A DNA stretch of 64,000 nucleotides from Klebsormidium nitens (taxonomy: Eukaryota; Plantae; Klebsormidiophyceae): positions 1 through 64,000 of the forward strand of contig DF237393.1 of the NCBI GenBank assembly GCA_000708835.1. Direction: 5' to 3'. Below the pieces are notes generated by a model. It ran no database searches, was not told the origin of the DNA, and saw only the letters and a program-made list of their open reading frames with translations. Shown piece by piece: positions 46,592 to 60,300 of this stretch. The position numbers were made by a program, and so were the translations under genes. Numbering within the stretch: the first letter of the stretch is position 1; each line of letters opens with the position of its first letter.

Positions 46592-48410
46592 ATTGACAGT
46601 AAGTGATTACAAGTGCCCGAAAATCTAATCGGTGCGCGCGTAGATAGGTTTGCACGGTCGAAAGAAGACGAGAAAATAATCGGACGGTCACGCTTCGGCC
46701 TCGCGGCTCTGCAAGGAAAGTATAGAGCGTGTATAGAGCTACATGCTCGCTCTACTGAATCACGGGAAGTAATCACAGTGCCTCAGACGGGGCCTCACAT
46801 TGTGCTCAGAACGTGAGGCTGGTGGCGAGCAGAAGCTTAATTCGTGTTCGGTATAATACCACATATCCGGGCAATTCTCACATGTTACGGCCTTAGGGCT
46901 GTGGTACCGACGAGCGAGGGTTCTGATCCATGAGCATAGTTGCTCGGAGCGGCGTCGCTCTTCAACATCCCCTCGGCAAGAGCTTACATGTACGCGCTCT
47001 GCTCACAGGTCTGCACGTGGCCACCCCTTTGCAGCTTCTTTTTGGTCTGGACATCAGCAGACGATGCTAATTATCAATACTGCGCAAATGCCGAGCAAAT
47101 GCCGTCACGGACCACATTACCATGCTAAAACACACGATGGCGACTGCTCCGATCTGTTGAGGAGCAATGTCGTTCGAGCATTGGAATAATAAAAGTGGGC
47201 TCGATATCATCTGGAGTCATGGTCCGACGTAGGAGTCTATCACCTATCTCTACTACGAAGCGAACTGCTTGGTGGACGATATGTCCATGCGGTTGTGAAA
47301 TTGATCACCTATCGAAGAAACATTTAATCTTCTCTCCATATCACATGCAGCAGCACCATCTGGTCCTTGTACATTTGCACACAATCTGGTTACACCAGCT
47401 GCACGGCAGCTTCGAAAGTTGCTCGCAGCACAATGCTTGAGCTTGACAAATCGCTAAACTTGGACTGAATAATAGTACACCTCGTCATAGAGGTGATGGC
47501 GGGATCACACTTTCCCTACAGATACACGACAGTTCCTGAATATTAGCTGAATCAGATCATGCCAGCACACGTGGCGGCAGAGACGCGAGCACTAAACCAA
47601 ATGGTTTGTGGGCTGACGGCGCTCCACTTCAAGTGCGTCTGATATTGGCTCCTTTTCCGCAAAAAACATTGAAGTTTTGATTTGGGCTGTCAAGAGGTCC
47701 GCTTCAGCAACTGCTCACAGGATAAGCAAAGCCGAACCTTTTAGGGTAAGCAAAAAGGTAGTAGCTACTACGTGGGACCAATTTATTCGCCACCAACAAT
47801 CGAAGCACCATCAGGACGAGCTGGACCATGGTATTGAGTAAGTTGGAGTGCCCTCAGAGGGCAACGTTTCTCGCTGTTACAAGATGGTCAAAGTCTTCCA
47901 AAATGGTAAACCAACAATTGGCACCGCAAGAAGGTCACGACTGTCGTGAAATTTGAACGGTCTTAAAGGTTGTCAGCTCACAACTCAAGAAACGATGCGG
48001 ACGCCCGGCTAACCTGAGTGTGTCCCGTCGTTCTCTATCGAGCACCGTGACAATCTACTACTCAGCATTCTGTACGCTTCTCAAGTCGATAACGAGCGCT
48101 ATTTGAAAGTAAACCTTGAAAATCTTGCGCTCGGGGTACTCCCTGCAACTGAAAAGTAGTGCGAGTGTGACTGCTGAGCTCTTTATTCCTCCGGGTTCAT
48201 CATATTGGCTCTCATGGTCATCCTATTTAAGATTCAAAGGCGATCGCGCGAGAATCATGTTTGTCGATCGGATCATCCTTTCTCAGGATCTTGCCAACGA
48301 TTACGACATGAAACACCACCAAAACGACACTCTGAGGTGTTGCACCCAAGGCAATAATCAAGAGGTCTTGTTCGACCTTGAAATCAGCAGATCGTGAGAG
48401 CCACCCCCTG

Positions 48411-51400
48411 CTAGAGATACGTATTAATTCGCTCCGAAGAGGTGCAACAGATCGCCTCGCTTGTGTAGAACGGAGCAGATAGGTAACAATCTTTGGACAA
48501 GGGCTCATACCGCCAGCCGAGCCAAACATCAGACCACACCTTTCCAGTATCCGATTTGACACGGCAATCTGTGGCGTTCCTTACTCTATTCCAAACGTGA
48601 CATGAGATCGAGATCATGACCGATAGGTTTCAGGATCTCATCGGAACCATTTTGCTAATAGAGCTCTTGGCGAAGGATAGCCGCTCACCGATCTGTCTCT
48701 TCCGTTTCGTCCTCATCTTCGTCCAGTTCGCCGCTCGGAGTGGTCTCGGTGTCCAGCAAAACCCTCTCCATTCCTTTGAAAGCCACCACCTTCATCTTTC
48801 CTGCCTCGGCCGATTGCAACCAGCCGTGCATAGGCCGCGGCCCGTCCCCTGCCAGCCACTCAATGTCTTCGTTCGAGAAGGCGTAGCATGCGAGGTTCGT
48901 CCTGCCGTTCGCATCTGAGTAGGTGTCTCTGCACAGGGCATGTTTAAGGCAGCTTGAGACATGAGAACAAAAACTTGTGTATTAGGCTTTCGGATTCCGA
49001 TTCCGCCTCGATACACGTACAATTCTGTGATCATTTTCGTGCACTTAACCCCTCAGTCGCCCCTGAAGCTTACGCGGCAAGCTTACTAAGTCCGGTCGGC
49101 TTGTAGCCAGACCAGATGCTTCTCTTGGGAGGTTGCAGTCCAGCCAAAGTATTACGATGTGCCCACCTTGTGACGACGGCCATCAGCTCGCACCTCCGTG
49201 CTTCTGAGACAGTCTCGTACAGCTGCCAGTCACACCCCTTGAGGACGTCGGGGCTGAGCATGTCTTCCTGGGCGTAGCTGTGGCGCAGCAAAACTGCCAC
49301 GTGGCTGCACGACGGCGCGAGCGCACGGAGGGCCGCGATTGCCGGTACGGGCCTCATGACGCCGGCTGGGTAGCGGGGCCCGGGCTGAAAGGTGCTCTGC
49401 ACGATGCCAGATGGAAAGATAAGCGAGCGGCTCTGTAGAAAAGCGCTCAGCACAAAGACTTTACAGGATAGCTTTTTCGACTTCATCCAGCTTTTGAGCA
49501 CGTTCTGCGATGTCCTTCCAGTCCTTCCAGGTCTGGACGCGGGCCTTTCCGTCGTAATTTGTGCGAGCTTACGTCTCCCTCCGACTTCAGGACGAAGCAT
49601 GTAACATTTTAAAGAGTCACATTTCGAGTACTCTTAAAAGTAAAAGCTCCTATCTGGAGCAGGCAAGTGAGCGCAACACCCTGTGAGTGACCAACCTCTT
49701 AAGCTCCGCTTTAAAACAAAACAGGACCGCATCACGTACCTGTATCTTGGGATAGTACTCATCCTCCCTATCCGTGATCACTAGCGGCATCTTGGTGACC
49801 CGGTAGTCCGAGACCTCTCTCAGGTTCTTCTCCCGGTAGATCTTGAACGTGAGTGTCACCCTGTAACCCTTCTGGATCAGCTTAACCTCGTACGAGCAGT
49901 CTTGAGGAATGGCGGCCCACTGAATGATGTCGTGTTTTCCAGAGAGCGGGGCGAAGTCGACGATGTGCTCAGCTCCCCCGCAGGTGACCACCATCTCCCC
50001 TGCAGACGGACAAAAACATCGAGTGCAGAACAGTGTCAAACAAGTGAGTCTACATTTGATTGAAGTGTTTCAAGTTGGATACCCCCTCTATTGGACGTGA
50101 GGTGCGCTTTTCGGGTCCTGGTAAGGCTCTTCAGCACCGCTTTGCGATTTACGCGACTTGTCAGAGGGACCATATGAGACTCGACGAGCATTGAAGCTGA
50201 CGCTGGCAGATGATACGAATGCTTGTACATCAATAGCTCTTCATTGACGGTAGATGGATCCTTGGAGGAGCGGGATATCGTACCTCCTAAGTGCTCTGAT
50301 GGAAGACAGACAACCAGTGTTCCTATCGTCTTCTGCACCTCGAAGCGGGTATCCGCATGATGCTTGAAGGACGCCCCCTCTCCGGAAACGTGGATCGTGG
50401 CTGGAACGACGTTAACGGGAACGCCGTGCGCAAACTGCTCTTTGATGCGGCTCAATATGGGCCTCAGAAAGAGGACCTGGAGAAAGAGAAGAGACCCGAA
50501 AACTCGAGACGGTTGAGAATCAATGTTGTAAAAACCCTCTTTGGCGACTGATCGAGACGGAGATGCTCTTGCCAAGAAATAGGGTTCAGCGTTCAAAAGG
50601 GACGCATTAAACACGTGGTCCAATTCAGGGCAGTCCGAGGGAGCGGGGACGACAGTACAGGTGCAGTGCGGAGCACCACTCCCTATGCTATCCGCTCCTC
50701 CGTGATTAGCTCACCTCGTTGTATTGAGAGTCCCGATGCCTACTGAACCACTGTGTATCCTGCAGCTTCTCCAGGACTGCCAAGGAATGCACGCACCAGA
50801 CGACGGGCCCGAAGAGCCAGAAGCGCGGCGTCGACGATCCCCCGCACTCACACTCATAAGAGAGGGACTCGGGAATGATCGGATAAGTCTCCTTTCTGGA
50901 TGCGCGGACGGTCGTGCGGTGTGATGGATGCTCGGTGAATGTTGGGCTCTCCTCCCGCACCTGCCGAACTATCAACTCGTAAGTCAAGCAGCCAGTCCTC
51001 TTGTTTGCGTGTCAAAACTCAAAAGAGGGGGAGCTGCACATATATGCTCAAGCGGCCCCAAACTATCGACTGGTACCTAGTTGACTGGTCTTGCTCTGGC
51101 GAGTAGTGAGGTTGATCCTATACGTGAGTATGCATTCTGATCTTTGCGCATGAAGGCCCCTTTTTCTGCCGGACTTGCTCAAGGGAAGCGTCTGTTTGTA
51201 AGTCATAGCTTACTTCGTTCCTATCTATTTCGACTGTCCTTGATGTCACCCTTTACACCTTCTAAGAAGCAGGAAATGGTTAAAGACGTTGTAGATGAGG
51301 CTGGTCTGTCAGATTACAGTCTATCCATTCAACAAATAAAGCTCTCGTTACCTGTGCAGTGACTCTGATCTTCTCGCTGAAGGCTTCGTCCGCTTTGCGC

Positions 51401-52907
51401 TTCCTCCCAAACCTGAGAGGTCTGACGTTCTCTCTGCTGATGTCGACATCCTCGACGGTGAGTTGAAGTGCGCGCCAAGCGTCTCCCGATGTTTCCCCGT
51501 AGTCGTAAAAGATGCTTTGCACAGCCTGCAAACAAACCAGTTGGTGTAAAGATCAGTAACAACAAAATTGCCAGGAATTGCTCGCGATGAAAAGATAAAG
51601 TTGATCAAGCTGATCATAGACCGATGCAGTTTTCTGCGAGTCTTGTAATCAAGACATGAAGTCATGTTGAATCTGAACGTGATCCAACATAAACAAATCA
51701 GGTCTTCGAGAGCTCATACGTAGTTGGGAATGGACAGTGCTAAGGTACGTCCTTAAATCTGTTTTATTCAATGTGATTTTTGGAAAAGATCGTAGCCGTC
51801 GAGTAACTGTAGAATCCTTGTATCCTTACCAAAGGAGTCAAACCAATCAGCTTGTCTCGTGGCAGGACACCCCTTTGCCAGGAGTAGTCAAAATCCAGGT
51901 CATAAAAGGACTCCCAGGCCCGTGGGTTGGGTTATTTTCGTTTTCTGTAGATCCTTCTTCCAAGTCTTTCGGATTCGCCACGGGGCCATGCGCAACGATA
52001 TCCGACACCTCAAGATTTGAGAAGAGGCCCCGTGTCAACGTGACATCATTGTTGCCTGCAGTCAACAAAGAATACTTGACAGTTTGAGGTCCTTGCTGAG
52101 AAGGGGAAAGATGATCTGTCCAGAACGAAGACCATTTGCTTCTGGATGCCTGTCAAGCAGGTTTGAAGACTAGGCCTATGCTGCTTCTTCTACCGTCAGA
52201 TAAGAGTCGTATCCTTGCCGTTTGCTTGATCTGCAGTGAAGAGTAAGATTTTGAAGCCTGGGTGTTGCAGCCAGCACCTGCACATTATGCTGGTGAAACG
52301 CAAAGAAGGGAATAGACCGCACTATCAGCCGGCAGTATTGGAGAATGATGCATAGACTGTGACAAGCATCGGGGGTTTACCCACTTTTTAATGCTCCCAG
52401 TTGTGGTTGGAACAAGATTATCGCCTGCTGCTCCTGAAGTGCCTCTGCAGAAACAAGCAACGACTCACCTCCGATCTTGCTGACGAAGGTAATCTTCCCC
52501 TGCTTCTTCTTGGGCCCAGCCAAGAGCTTGAGCACTATGGCTTTCGCGTCATGAGAGGGGACGCAAACGCTGCCTCCACAACAGAAGTTTTCTGGATACA
52601 CTCCCCTCAGCTTTTGTTCAAGAAGGTCATGTTCTAGTGCTCCGTTGTGCTCCTCTCCTGCGTCCAAGTGAGATCCATTGTCCGGAGTCGATTCTTCCAG
52701 GTAATCATCACATGCGGTCGCTTCTGCATCAGGGTAATACTGCTGTGGACCTTCTTCTGGGAAGCCCCAAGGCGCCTCCTGAAGTTCTGGCCGGTAAAAC
52801 TCGTTGAAGTCGAGCTTCACGAGGGTCCCCAGGCACGCTCCCTTGTCTGATGCTTGGAGAGCTCTTTGCAGCTTGGTGTAGACCTTAACACCAGCGAGAG
52901 GCTCCAT
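48411..52907 (-). CDS. Divergent 2OG-Fe(II) dioxygenase-like paralog (copy 4), distal His replaced by Tyr; 3' end uncertain (48685 or ~48411)
   Basis: Exon 1 52469-52907 (MEPL...ENFCCGGSV). The exon ending at 50284 reads GEGASFKHHADT...IGTLVVCLPSEHLG. Exon 49740-49999 reads GEMVVT...DF...QWAAIPQDCSYEVKLIQKGYRVTLTF. Exon 49156-49396 reads VAVLLRHSY...LKGCDWQLYE. The exon from 48914 reads YAFSNEDIEWL. All are colinear with the motifs of copies 1-3. The middle exons (51-52 kb) are only roughly placed. Confidence 0.72.
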
Positions 52908-54375
52908 TTCCTGAATCACTACAACGTACGTAAGTGATTGACTTTGTTATCCATACAAGGCGCCGACGCGTACAGGGCCGGCTTCGGACGCAAAGCGCAG
53001 CTCACGCGGCCGGTCGGAGGTTCGAGGGTTTTGTATCTGAGCCCAGCCGGACGGCGGCCGTGCCGGATAGCGCCAGGCTTGCCGCCGCGCGGCGCTGAGC
53101 GGCCGGGGCGGCGTTGGACGCCGATTGATCCGTCACTGGGTCAGCGTACTTCGGAAGATCGAGCCACCTAGCAATTGCCAGAGTGCTTTTGAGCAACAAG
53201 GGCATTGGAGGCAAATAGGAGACAAGCAGAAGGATAGATTGCAAGAATGGGCACATGATTGGCGTTTGCTTGAGAAAGGACAAATAATAACAACCGTAGT
53301 CATCCACGACCTGAACGCGTGTTTGAGCCAAGTGCCTCATTACTTACGTAGAGAGTGTTTGGTAAGGTCGAGCTACTCAACCGACAGTAATCCAGAAGCC
53401 ACGATTGACTGAAGGATCTACTTCAAAGACATGATAGAAGACAACGCTGGGGCCCCAGAAACCAACCGTCGGATATCATCGCCGAAGTCCATCTGCGGCA
53501 GATCATAACCCGTGATTGCGACTCAGTCCGCCCTTGTTTAAACCGCCATTGCCCTACCCTTAATCTGGTTGTGGGCCGGGACTACAAGCAGCTGAATGCA
53601 CCAGAACTTCAAGAAACCTTTGATTGCGTAGCGTGTATACTCAGCTTCCTATACAACGTACGCAAAGCTCGAGAATTGAACGTCCTCGTTATTTCAAGTT
53701 GCCGGCCACCGTCTGGATTTATGCATACTAAAACAAGCACGGCAATCTACAGGGATATCCTGACTGATCGGATGATCCCCTAATCGACATAAGCAAAGGG
53801 CTACGCAGAAATCTCTATTTCCCGGCCGGCCCGCACATGCTATGTAGCCACATGTGCAAGTTGATGTGCAGACAAGACGTTAAGGTAAAACTTAGGCACT
53901 TGTAAGTTGGGAAGCGAACATGTTAGTATGATGAGGAGCCATGCATGCACGCACCATGATGTAAAATTGGTCACGCACCGTGCTATTCCCGGCCAGCTCC
54001 GTCCCGAATGGGCGGTTTAACATGGCATAGTAGCTTTTCAATGCGAGCGAGGAAGCATATGCAATTTCAAGCAGTCAGCTGGGATTCTTCATTAGATGTC
54101 GCATGTACACCTTGATCATTTGCAAACCTCTTGATTTTTCCTAGATGCGCAGATCATACATGGCGTGACAACTTGAACAGCGCAGGGTATGTGATGCGCT
54201 GAAGTGCAAAATCGGGTTGAATTATGGATTCGGAATGCAGGCTTAGCTTCGCATAGCCTTTCAATGGGACCTCAATTCAATGTACTGTCTGCGTCATCAT
54301 GACGCCATCCGCAAGACACTAACATCCGACGGCCTCTCAATGCTTCGGTCAAGCCTTGCGGTTCTCATTAGACCT

Positions 54376-57300
54376 CTATATATGGAGATTCTCAACAGCA
54401 GTGGCCGCCCCGTTTGCAAGTTTCCCAGCATTCTCCTCTGGCAGCAACTCTGGATGCTGCACTTGGGACACTGGGAGGCCCACGACCCCAGAGCTTTTTG
54501 GTCCTTGGAAGTAGGTGGAATACGGGAAGTAGCCAGAACACCGCTCCTTCCATCCTGCGAGAATCAGCGAGAATCAGCGAAGTTGTCAGCCAACTAGGTT
54601 GAAACAAGCCTCTTGCATCCCACTCTAGTACGCTTTGGAAAGAAGCTTGCCTCGGATTGCTTGCTGTGCCGAAGTGTGGACGCATATGTCTCTGCTCTAG
54701 CATCTGAACTCCCACTCCTACAACCAGTCATGCTCGTCCTGCAACGATAACAAGCATGCAAAAGTGCTTCTACCATTTCCCGGACGTTTTCGTAAGCTTG
54801 CCAGCAGCCAGGAGCTCCTGTTGAAAACTTACGGGCTGCCGCCTTCGCATCCCCCAGCTTTTGTTGCAACAGCCGGTGCACTCGTATACAGTCCTTGAGC
54901 TCCCACGTCTTTACCCCCTCTGCAAGGGCCTCATCCCTGAACGTAAGAAAGCGCTTGGGTTAGAAATTGTCCAGCAACTGGATAGCCAACTCACAGCTTT
55001 TCAATTCTTCTTGTGCGTTGAGATCCGGAGGCGCTGAAGGAGCCGCACAGTCTTTGACTTCTGAGTCTCCTTCAGGGGTGGCCGTCGGTCTTCCAATTGT
55101 AGAGGCGTAAGCTGGAAGGAACACAACAAGTCCGCTGATACATCTAAGCAGTCCCGAGCTTCCAGAATGACAACAACAGCTTTCTAAGGCAACAGTTGTG
55201 TCAAACAAAGCACAGCGGAAAAGAGCCTCGTTCCTGGATGCAACCAGGAACACAGTTGTCTCCATGACCAAGTCTTTGCCTCAGGCACCAGAAGAACCTC
55301 TGCTTTCAAAGTTACTCGTCCTTTGAATTAGAGAACCTCCCAAGATCAGTTTAACAAGTACGAACGCAGGCACTCACTTGCCAGCCCCCCTCGCCGACGC
55401 CTCTTCTACGATGCCGACCGCCTCGGCCGTTCGACTACAATCTAGAAGCACGACAACCTCCGCAGCGGCTGCTCGATGTAGTAAAGATCCTGGACAAACG
55501 AAGGAGAGTGTTCCGAGGATTCAGAAACAAGCGGAAGGCAGCTGTGCAATCAGGAATCGACACAATCTCGTGGAACAAGCAGGAAAAGAATGACTCGTGC
55601 AAACAGTTTGAATCACCTATTAGCACAACAATCCAAACAAGCAGCAAAAGCAGTAACAAGAGCAGGCTAAAGGATACAGGAAAAGGATGAGCCTCAAAGA
55701 GCAGCAAGGCGGCACGAGACGGCGAATGGAAGGAGCCCAAAACGCCCTTTGAACTCTTCGAACTCTCGTCGTATCAATGGTTCCTAAGTAAGGGAGATGA
55801 ACGCTATCACGAGACTCTGAAGAGAGTATGCCACGGTTTCCTCCTTTACACCACCGTGGTTGGAGAGCTTTAAGCAGCAGGGTATTAGCAACCCCACCAA
55901 TCGCTACACATAAACTCAAAATCTCTGTCTAAACCTTCTTCGAAAGCTCTTTCTGGATTTCTCCTTTCACGAATTGCTCCCCACGACTTCGCTGATCATG
56001 TCCGATTTCTTTTGGGGCCCCAGACTTCGCTCAGGCATTTGCTGCGTTGCCTTGGTTGTAAGGACTTTTCCACTGCTCACCGGAGTGCTCCTTGAGGAAG
56101 GCCTCGTTGTATTCTTGGAGCGACTGCCCCGCCAGCGCTGTGATCTCTTTCCGTTCCTCCGCAATCACGCGGTGCACCAGCTCAGCCGACTCGGAGTCGG
56201 GGGCTGGTGACGTGTCTACTGTGTGGAACAAAGTGACCTGGCAACGAATGCAAGGACGATCAGTTGGGTGCGATGTCATCGATTTTCAGAGTTGACAGGA
56301 CCCTTCTTTCTCGACGCCCTTGAATTCATTCCTTGCGGTGCATGTTTCCCAAAAGGTAATCACATGACGTGGTGTGATAAGACAAGTGAAAGAGAATCGT
56401 ATTCTCAGATCAAGGTCTTGATCGAGGCAGCGCCTATGGCAAAGAAAGCCGATCAAAGAGTACGAAGCGGTGCCTTCATAGATGGACGCACGTTCGGATA
56501 CTTTTTCGAAAACTTCAAACCAAACCAACCGATCCCTCTTGAAAACAGGTGGTGTGCAATTTTAGTCTTGGGCTCATAAGCTTGAGACCACATGCGTCGC
56601 AAGCACAAAACTCGTGGTACATGTTCAGGGCAACTGATGGTTTCGCTCTCTCACCAGGCTTCTATGAACGTCCGGATGCGTAACATCTATTGACACGAGT
56701 CGCTTTACTGCCTGCAATGACAAGGACAGAAACATGGTGAGCGACTTGATTCAGCAGAAGCGAATAAAAGCACCGACTATACACTTGCTCCGTCCTTCAC
56801 AGTGGTGCGGCAAGCTATCAGGATGCTCTTCTAAAGAAAAGGCCCTTCTAAATAAAAGCGACAATCTTGAAGATATGACGCTACAGTAACGTCTCTGACC
56901 CACCAGGAGCGCTCCTCCGACTGTGGATCAAGAATCTCTACCAAGAGCTTCAGGAACTTTCTTACTCTTGCCTTTCATGTGCAAGCGAATTTCCTCCTGG
57001 AAGAGCAAGCACGTTATCCAACTTGCGCTCGAGCGGGATATCTCGTTAGCTTTCACAAATTCTTCCACTTCTGTTGGGGCGATCATTACCTGCAGTGCTA
57101 GCAGCAGTTTCTTTTTCCGGATGTACAGCTCGAAGGCTAGGAGGTGCGTCTCGATGGCCTGCGCCGCATGCTGCTGGAGCAGCTGCAGGTACTGCACCGA
57201 CTCCGACAGCGGGTCCTCTACCTGAAAAACAAAGCAGACGACTTTTTTATCATCGTCCAACATCCTGAATACTTTTGACAACCCCTTCAGGGTATTCACA

Positions 57301-60300
57301 AGCTCGATAGCAAGTTACTCACTCGCGGAAGCCGCTCCGAGTGGGCAAAAAATTCGTCTCACCAAGATACGGAAACAACTCAAAGAGTGTGTAAACATTG
57401 AGCAGTCTCCACCAACCTGCGACGAAAACGTCGTTGGGCATGCAGAATCACTGCCTAAGGATAGGCAAAGCGCTTTGATAAATGCAGAATCACTGCCTGA
57501 GGATAGGCGAAGCGCCTCCTCAGAACAATCAAAAAGGAAACACCAGATCGCGAATCTGCATCGAGATACTAGGAGTCGGTCTTTACCTGAGCCAGCTTGT
57601 CGCCATGCGGATCCGGATCTGCGGGCTTCACAGCTTCGGCCTTGGGCTTCTTCCCGCCTTTCTCTTTTGCGGCCGCAGCAGCCGCTGCCGCTGCCGCCTT
57701 TTCCTCCTCTTCTCGCTTTGTCTCCTCGGCCTGAACAAAGATAAACCAGAAAGTATGGTAAGGCAACCAAAAGTCTGACATCGTCTGCAATGACCGTCAG
57801 CTGCATGGGGTACTTTCAAAGGATTAGCTAATGCAAAGCTGGCAAGACGAGTACTGCAAAGCAGTCACTGCTAAACTACGAGTCGGAAGTCCCGAGGTGG
57901 CCCCAATAAAGCGCGCCTGCCGAGCCAGCGGACAAGTTTCTGGATAAGGCGCCATGTCTTGACCATTGTTCCTCAGCAAGGAGACATTGCAAAAAGAGCC
58001 ATTGAATCCAAAATCCAACACGAGGCAACGTGTCAGATGAAGCGACGTTCAGAACAACCTATCCGGCTCTTGAGTCTCAGCGTTCGAGCTTCGAGCGGAC
58101 ATTTGACCTCTTATGAAAGAAATGTGCCAATGGTTCTTTCACACTGCAGATGAAGACGTTATGGCACCTTTTTTGCCTTCGCCTCAGCTTTTCGTTGCTT
58201 GGCCCTCAGCTTTTTCCGTTCCAAGGCGCTGAGCCCTGAGTTCGCCCCGTCGGCGTCATCATTGTCACCTTGCGCCGGCTTGTCAAATAGAGCAATGTAT
58301 GTCCTGTAAGGATGGAGAGACGTGGCCTTAGGCACGATTTGCCGGCAGAACGGAAGCTCACACACGACAGAGCTCGTTCCCTGCATAAATTGTATCTTAC
58401 ACTGCAGGTTTTTTGCACCACTACTCCGCTTGCATGAGTTAGTAACACAGAAAGCAATGTGTTGTGCAAGTCCCTCCAAGACGGGTTCCGAATGCAAAGC
58501 AAAACAACGGCTCTCTTTTGCAGAATGTCAGGGGAGAAAACCGACGACAGTTCCTCATATAAAGTCGGGACAAAGCCGATGGAACCAGCCGACAATGCCT
58601 GTACTCAGTACCGTGCTTCACACCCCACGAACAGCATGAAGCCACACTTCGGAACAAGAAGTTGAAGTTTCTACATTTCACTTTAGCTCAAACACGGGTC
58701 CGCAAAGGGCACATCTTTTATCTGACAAAGGGTAGCAAGAGAGACGAGTAAGGAGCGTGAGCACCCACCTGATGGCGCCTGCGGCTCCCTTGCAGAAGAA
58801 CTTGAAGCTGTGCAGGTGGTCCTCCATGCGCAGCATCTTGATGTACGCGCGCAGCGTCATCTTGCGCAGGCAGTAAGTGTGGAAGTCGAACTGGTCCTCA
58901 ATCTGCAGCCGGCCAATTGGGGCGTTAGCACAAACCAAGCGCAGTGGGCCACATGCTTGCAATCAATTCCATCGGGGCGATAGATTGCAAGAGAAATGGA
59001 TTACGCATTGAGGTCCTAAGAGGAGCCTACAAAGCCCGCAGAGGAATTGTCGAAGCTGCTCTGCTTACAAGTCGTTTCGAAGATGTGCCTTGAGGAAGAT
59101 TGGCTGCATGAGATTCTGGACAAAGCGTCGCCTTGGGAAAGAACTGAAAAGACAGCGCTGGGCCACAGCCCCTGTAAGGTCCTCACCATGTCCGCATAGT
59201 GCTTCTCGATTGCAAGGTACTTTTTGAGCGCCTTCCCATAGGCACTTTGCCGCAAGTGACTATCTCCGCTAGCAACTTCGTACCTGTAGAGCACCGGGGA
59301 TCGAGTAAGCTTCGCAAGGAATGGAGACGATGGATAAGTCAAATAACAACCAGTGAGCAATAAAGCTGACTTTGCTGGACAGGAGGCCGCGCTACTACAG
59401 AGTCAAGAATCAACAGGACTGGATGCTTAGTACTGGCAAAGGCCTTCCATGCACGCCAACCGACGGCCACCAGTAGCAGAGGCCCGACGAAGACATCAGA
59501 GAACGCTAGGTGGGGAGCTGTAGCCTCCTCAGGAGCAGCTGCACTTAACTAACACTTCTCTTAAGACAACAGAATCCTTTTCAGCCTTCAACAGTAATCC
59601 TGCCCGTCAGACAAGCGTGCCAGCTGGCTCACCACATACACTGCATATCAAACAGGCTGTTGTGCTGCTCCCCGTCTTTCGTAAACAGCGCCGCCGTCCG
59701 CTCCGCGTCCTCCACCTGGTCAGCACCCAGGAACCGTTTCACTGCCTCGTTATTCAGGTACCGGTCCGCCAAGTCGAGCGACCGGGCCTCCTCCGCAAGC
59801 GCCGCCGCTGCCGGGGCGTCGCCTCCGTGCCGCAGAATTCGGGCCTGCAACAAGGAAATGGCAGGGTTGAGAAAGGTCTGAACCTTCCCGTCTTCTTAAC
59901 AAGAAGCTTTGCAGTCCAGGGGTACCACAGAAGTGAACAATCATGCCAAAATCCGAACACAAGGTTGGCTGATGGAACCCAGCGCTCAGGTTTGAGAGGA
60001 ACCCACCTTGACTAGGTAGAGATCAGGGACGGTGGGCGTGTGCTTGATGGCTTCCTCGACCTTCTCCAGCGCGACGTCATAGAGCCGCCGGCGGTCATAG
60101 TGCTGCAAGGAATTCACAAGGAGACAACTGTTTCAATGGACGCGACAATCGGTGCTTGAAACAAAGTCATTTGGCAGACTGCTGCATCTACAGACAACAG
60201 CAGTGCCTGGGCATACAAAAGGCTCCTTCCCTTGAGCGCGAACCTCCGTTTCGTGCAAGTCTTCCGCTCTTGTTTTGTTGTTGATCTAAAACAAGCCTGA

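Noticed and set aside
48116-48397. 93-aa plus-strand ORF downstream of dioxygenase copy 4
   Set aside because: It has no recognisable motif and no supporting exon chain.
53530-54020. 10-nt inverted match (TTAAACCGCC / GGCGGTTTAA) and short CTATT(T)CCCGGCC repeats in the intergenic region
   Set aside because: They are too short and too widely spaced to distinguish from chance without a genome-wide count.
54960-55271. 103-aa minus-strand ORF near the NAA15 3' end
   Set aside because: It lies inside an intron between two exons that already match NAA15 in phase, and it shows no homology.
57640-57735. Poly-Ala and Lys/Glu-rich stretch in NAA15
   Set aside because: It is ordinary low-complexity linker in the variable charged region of NAA15 orthologs.
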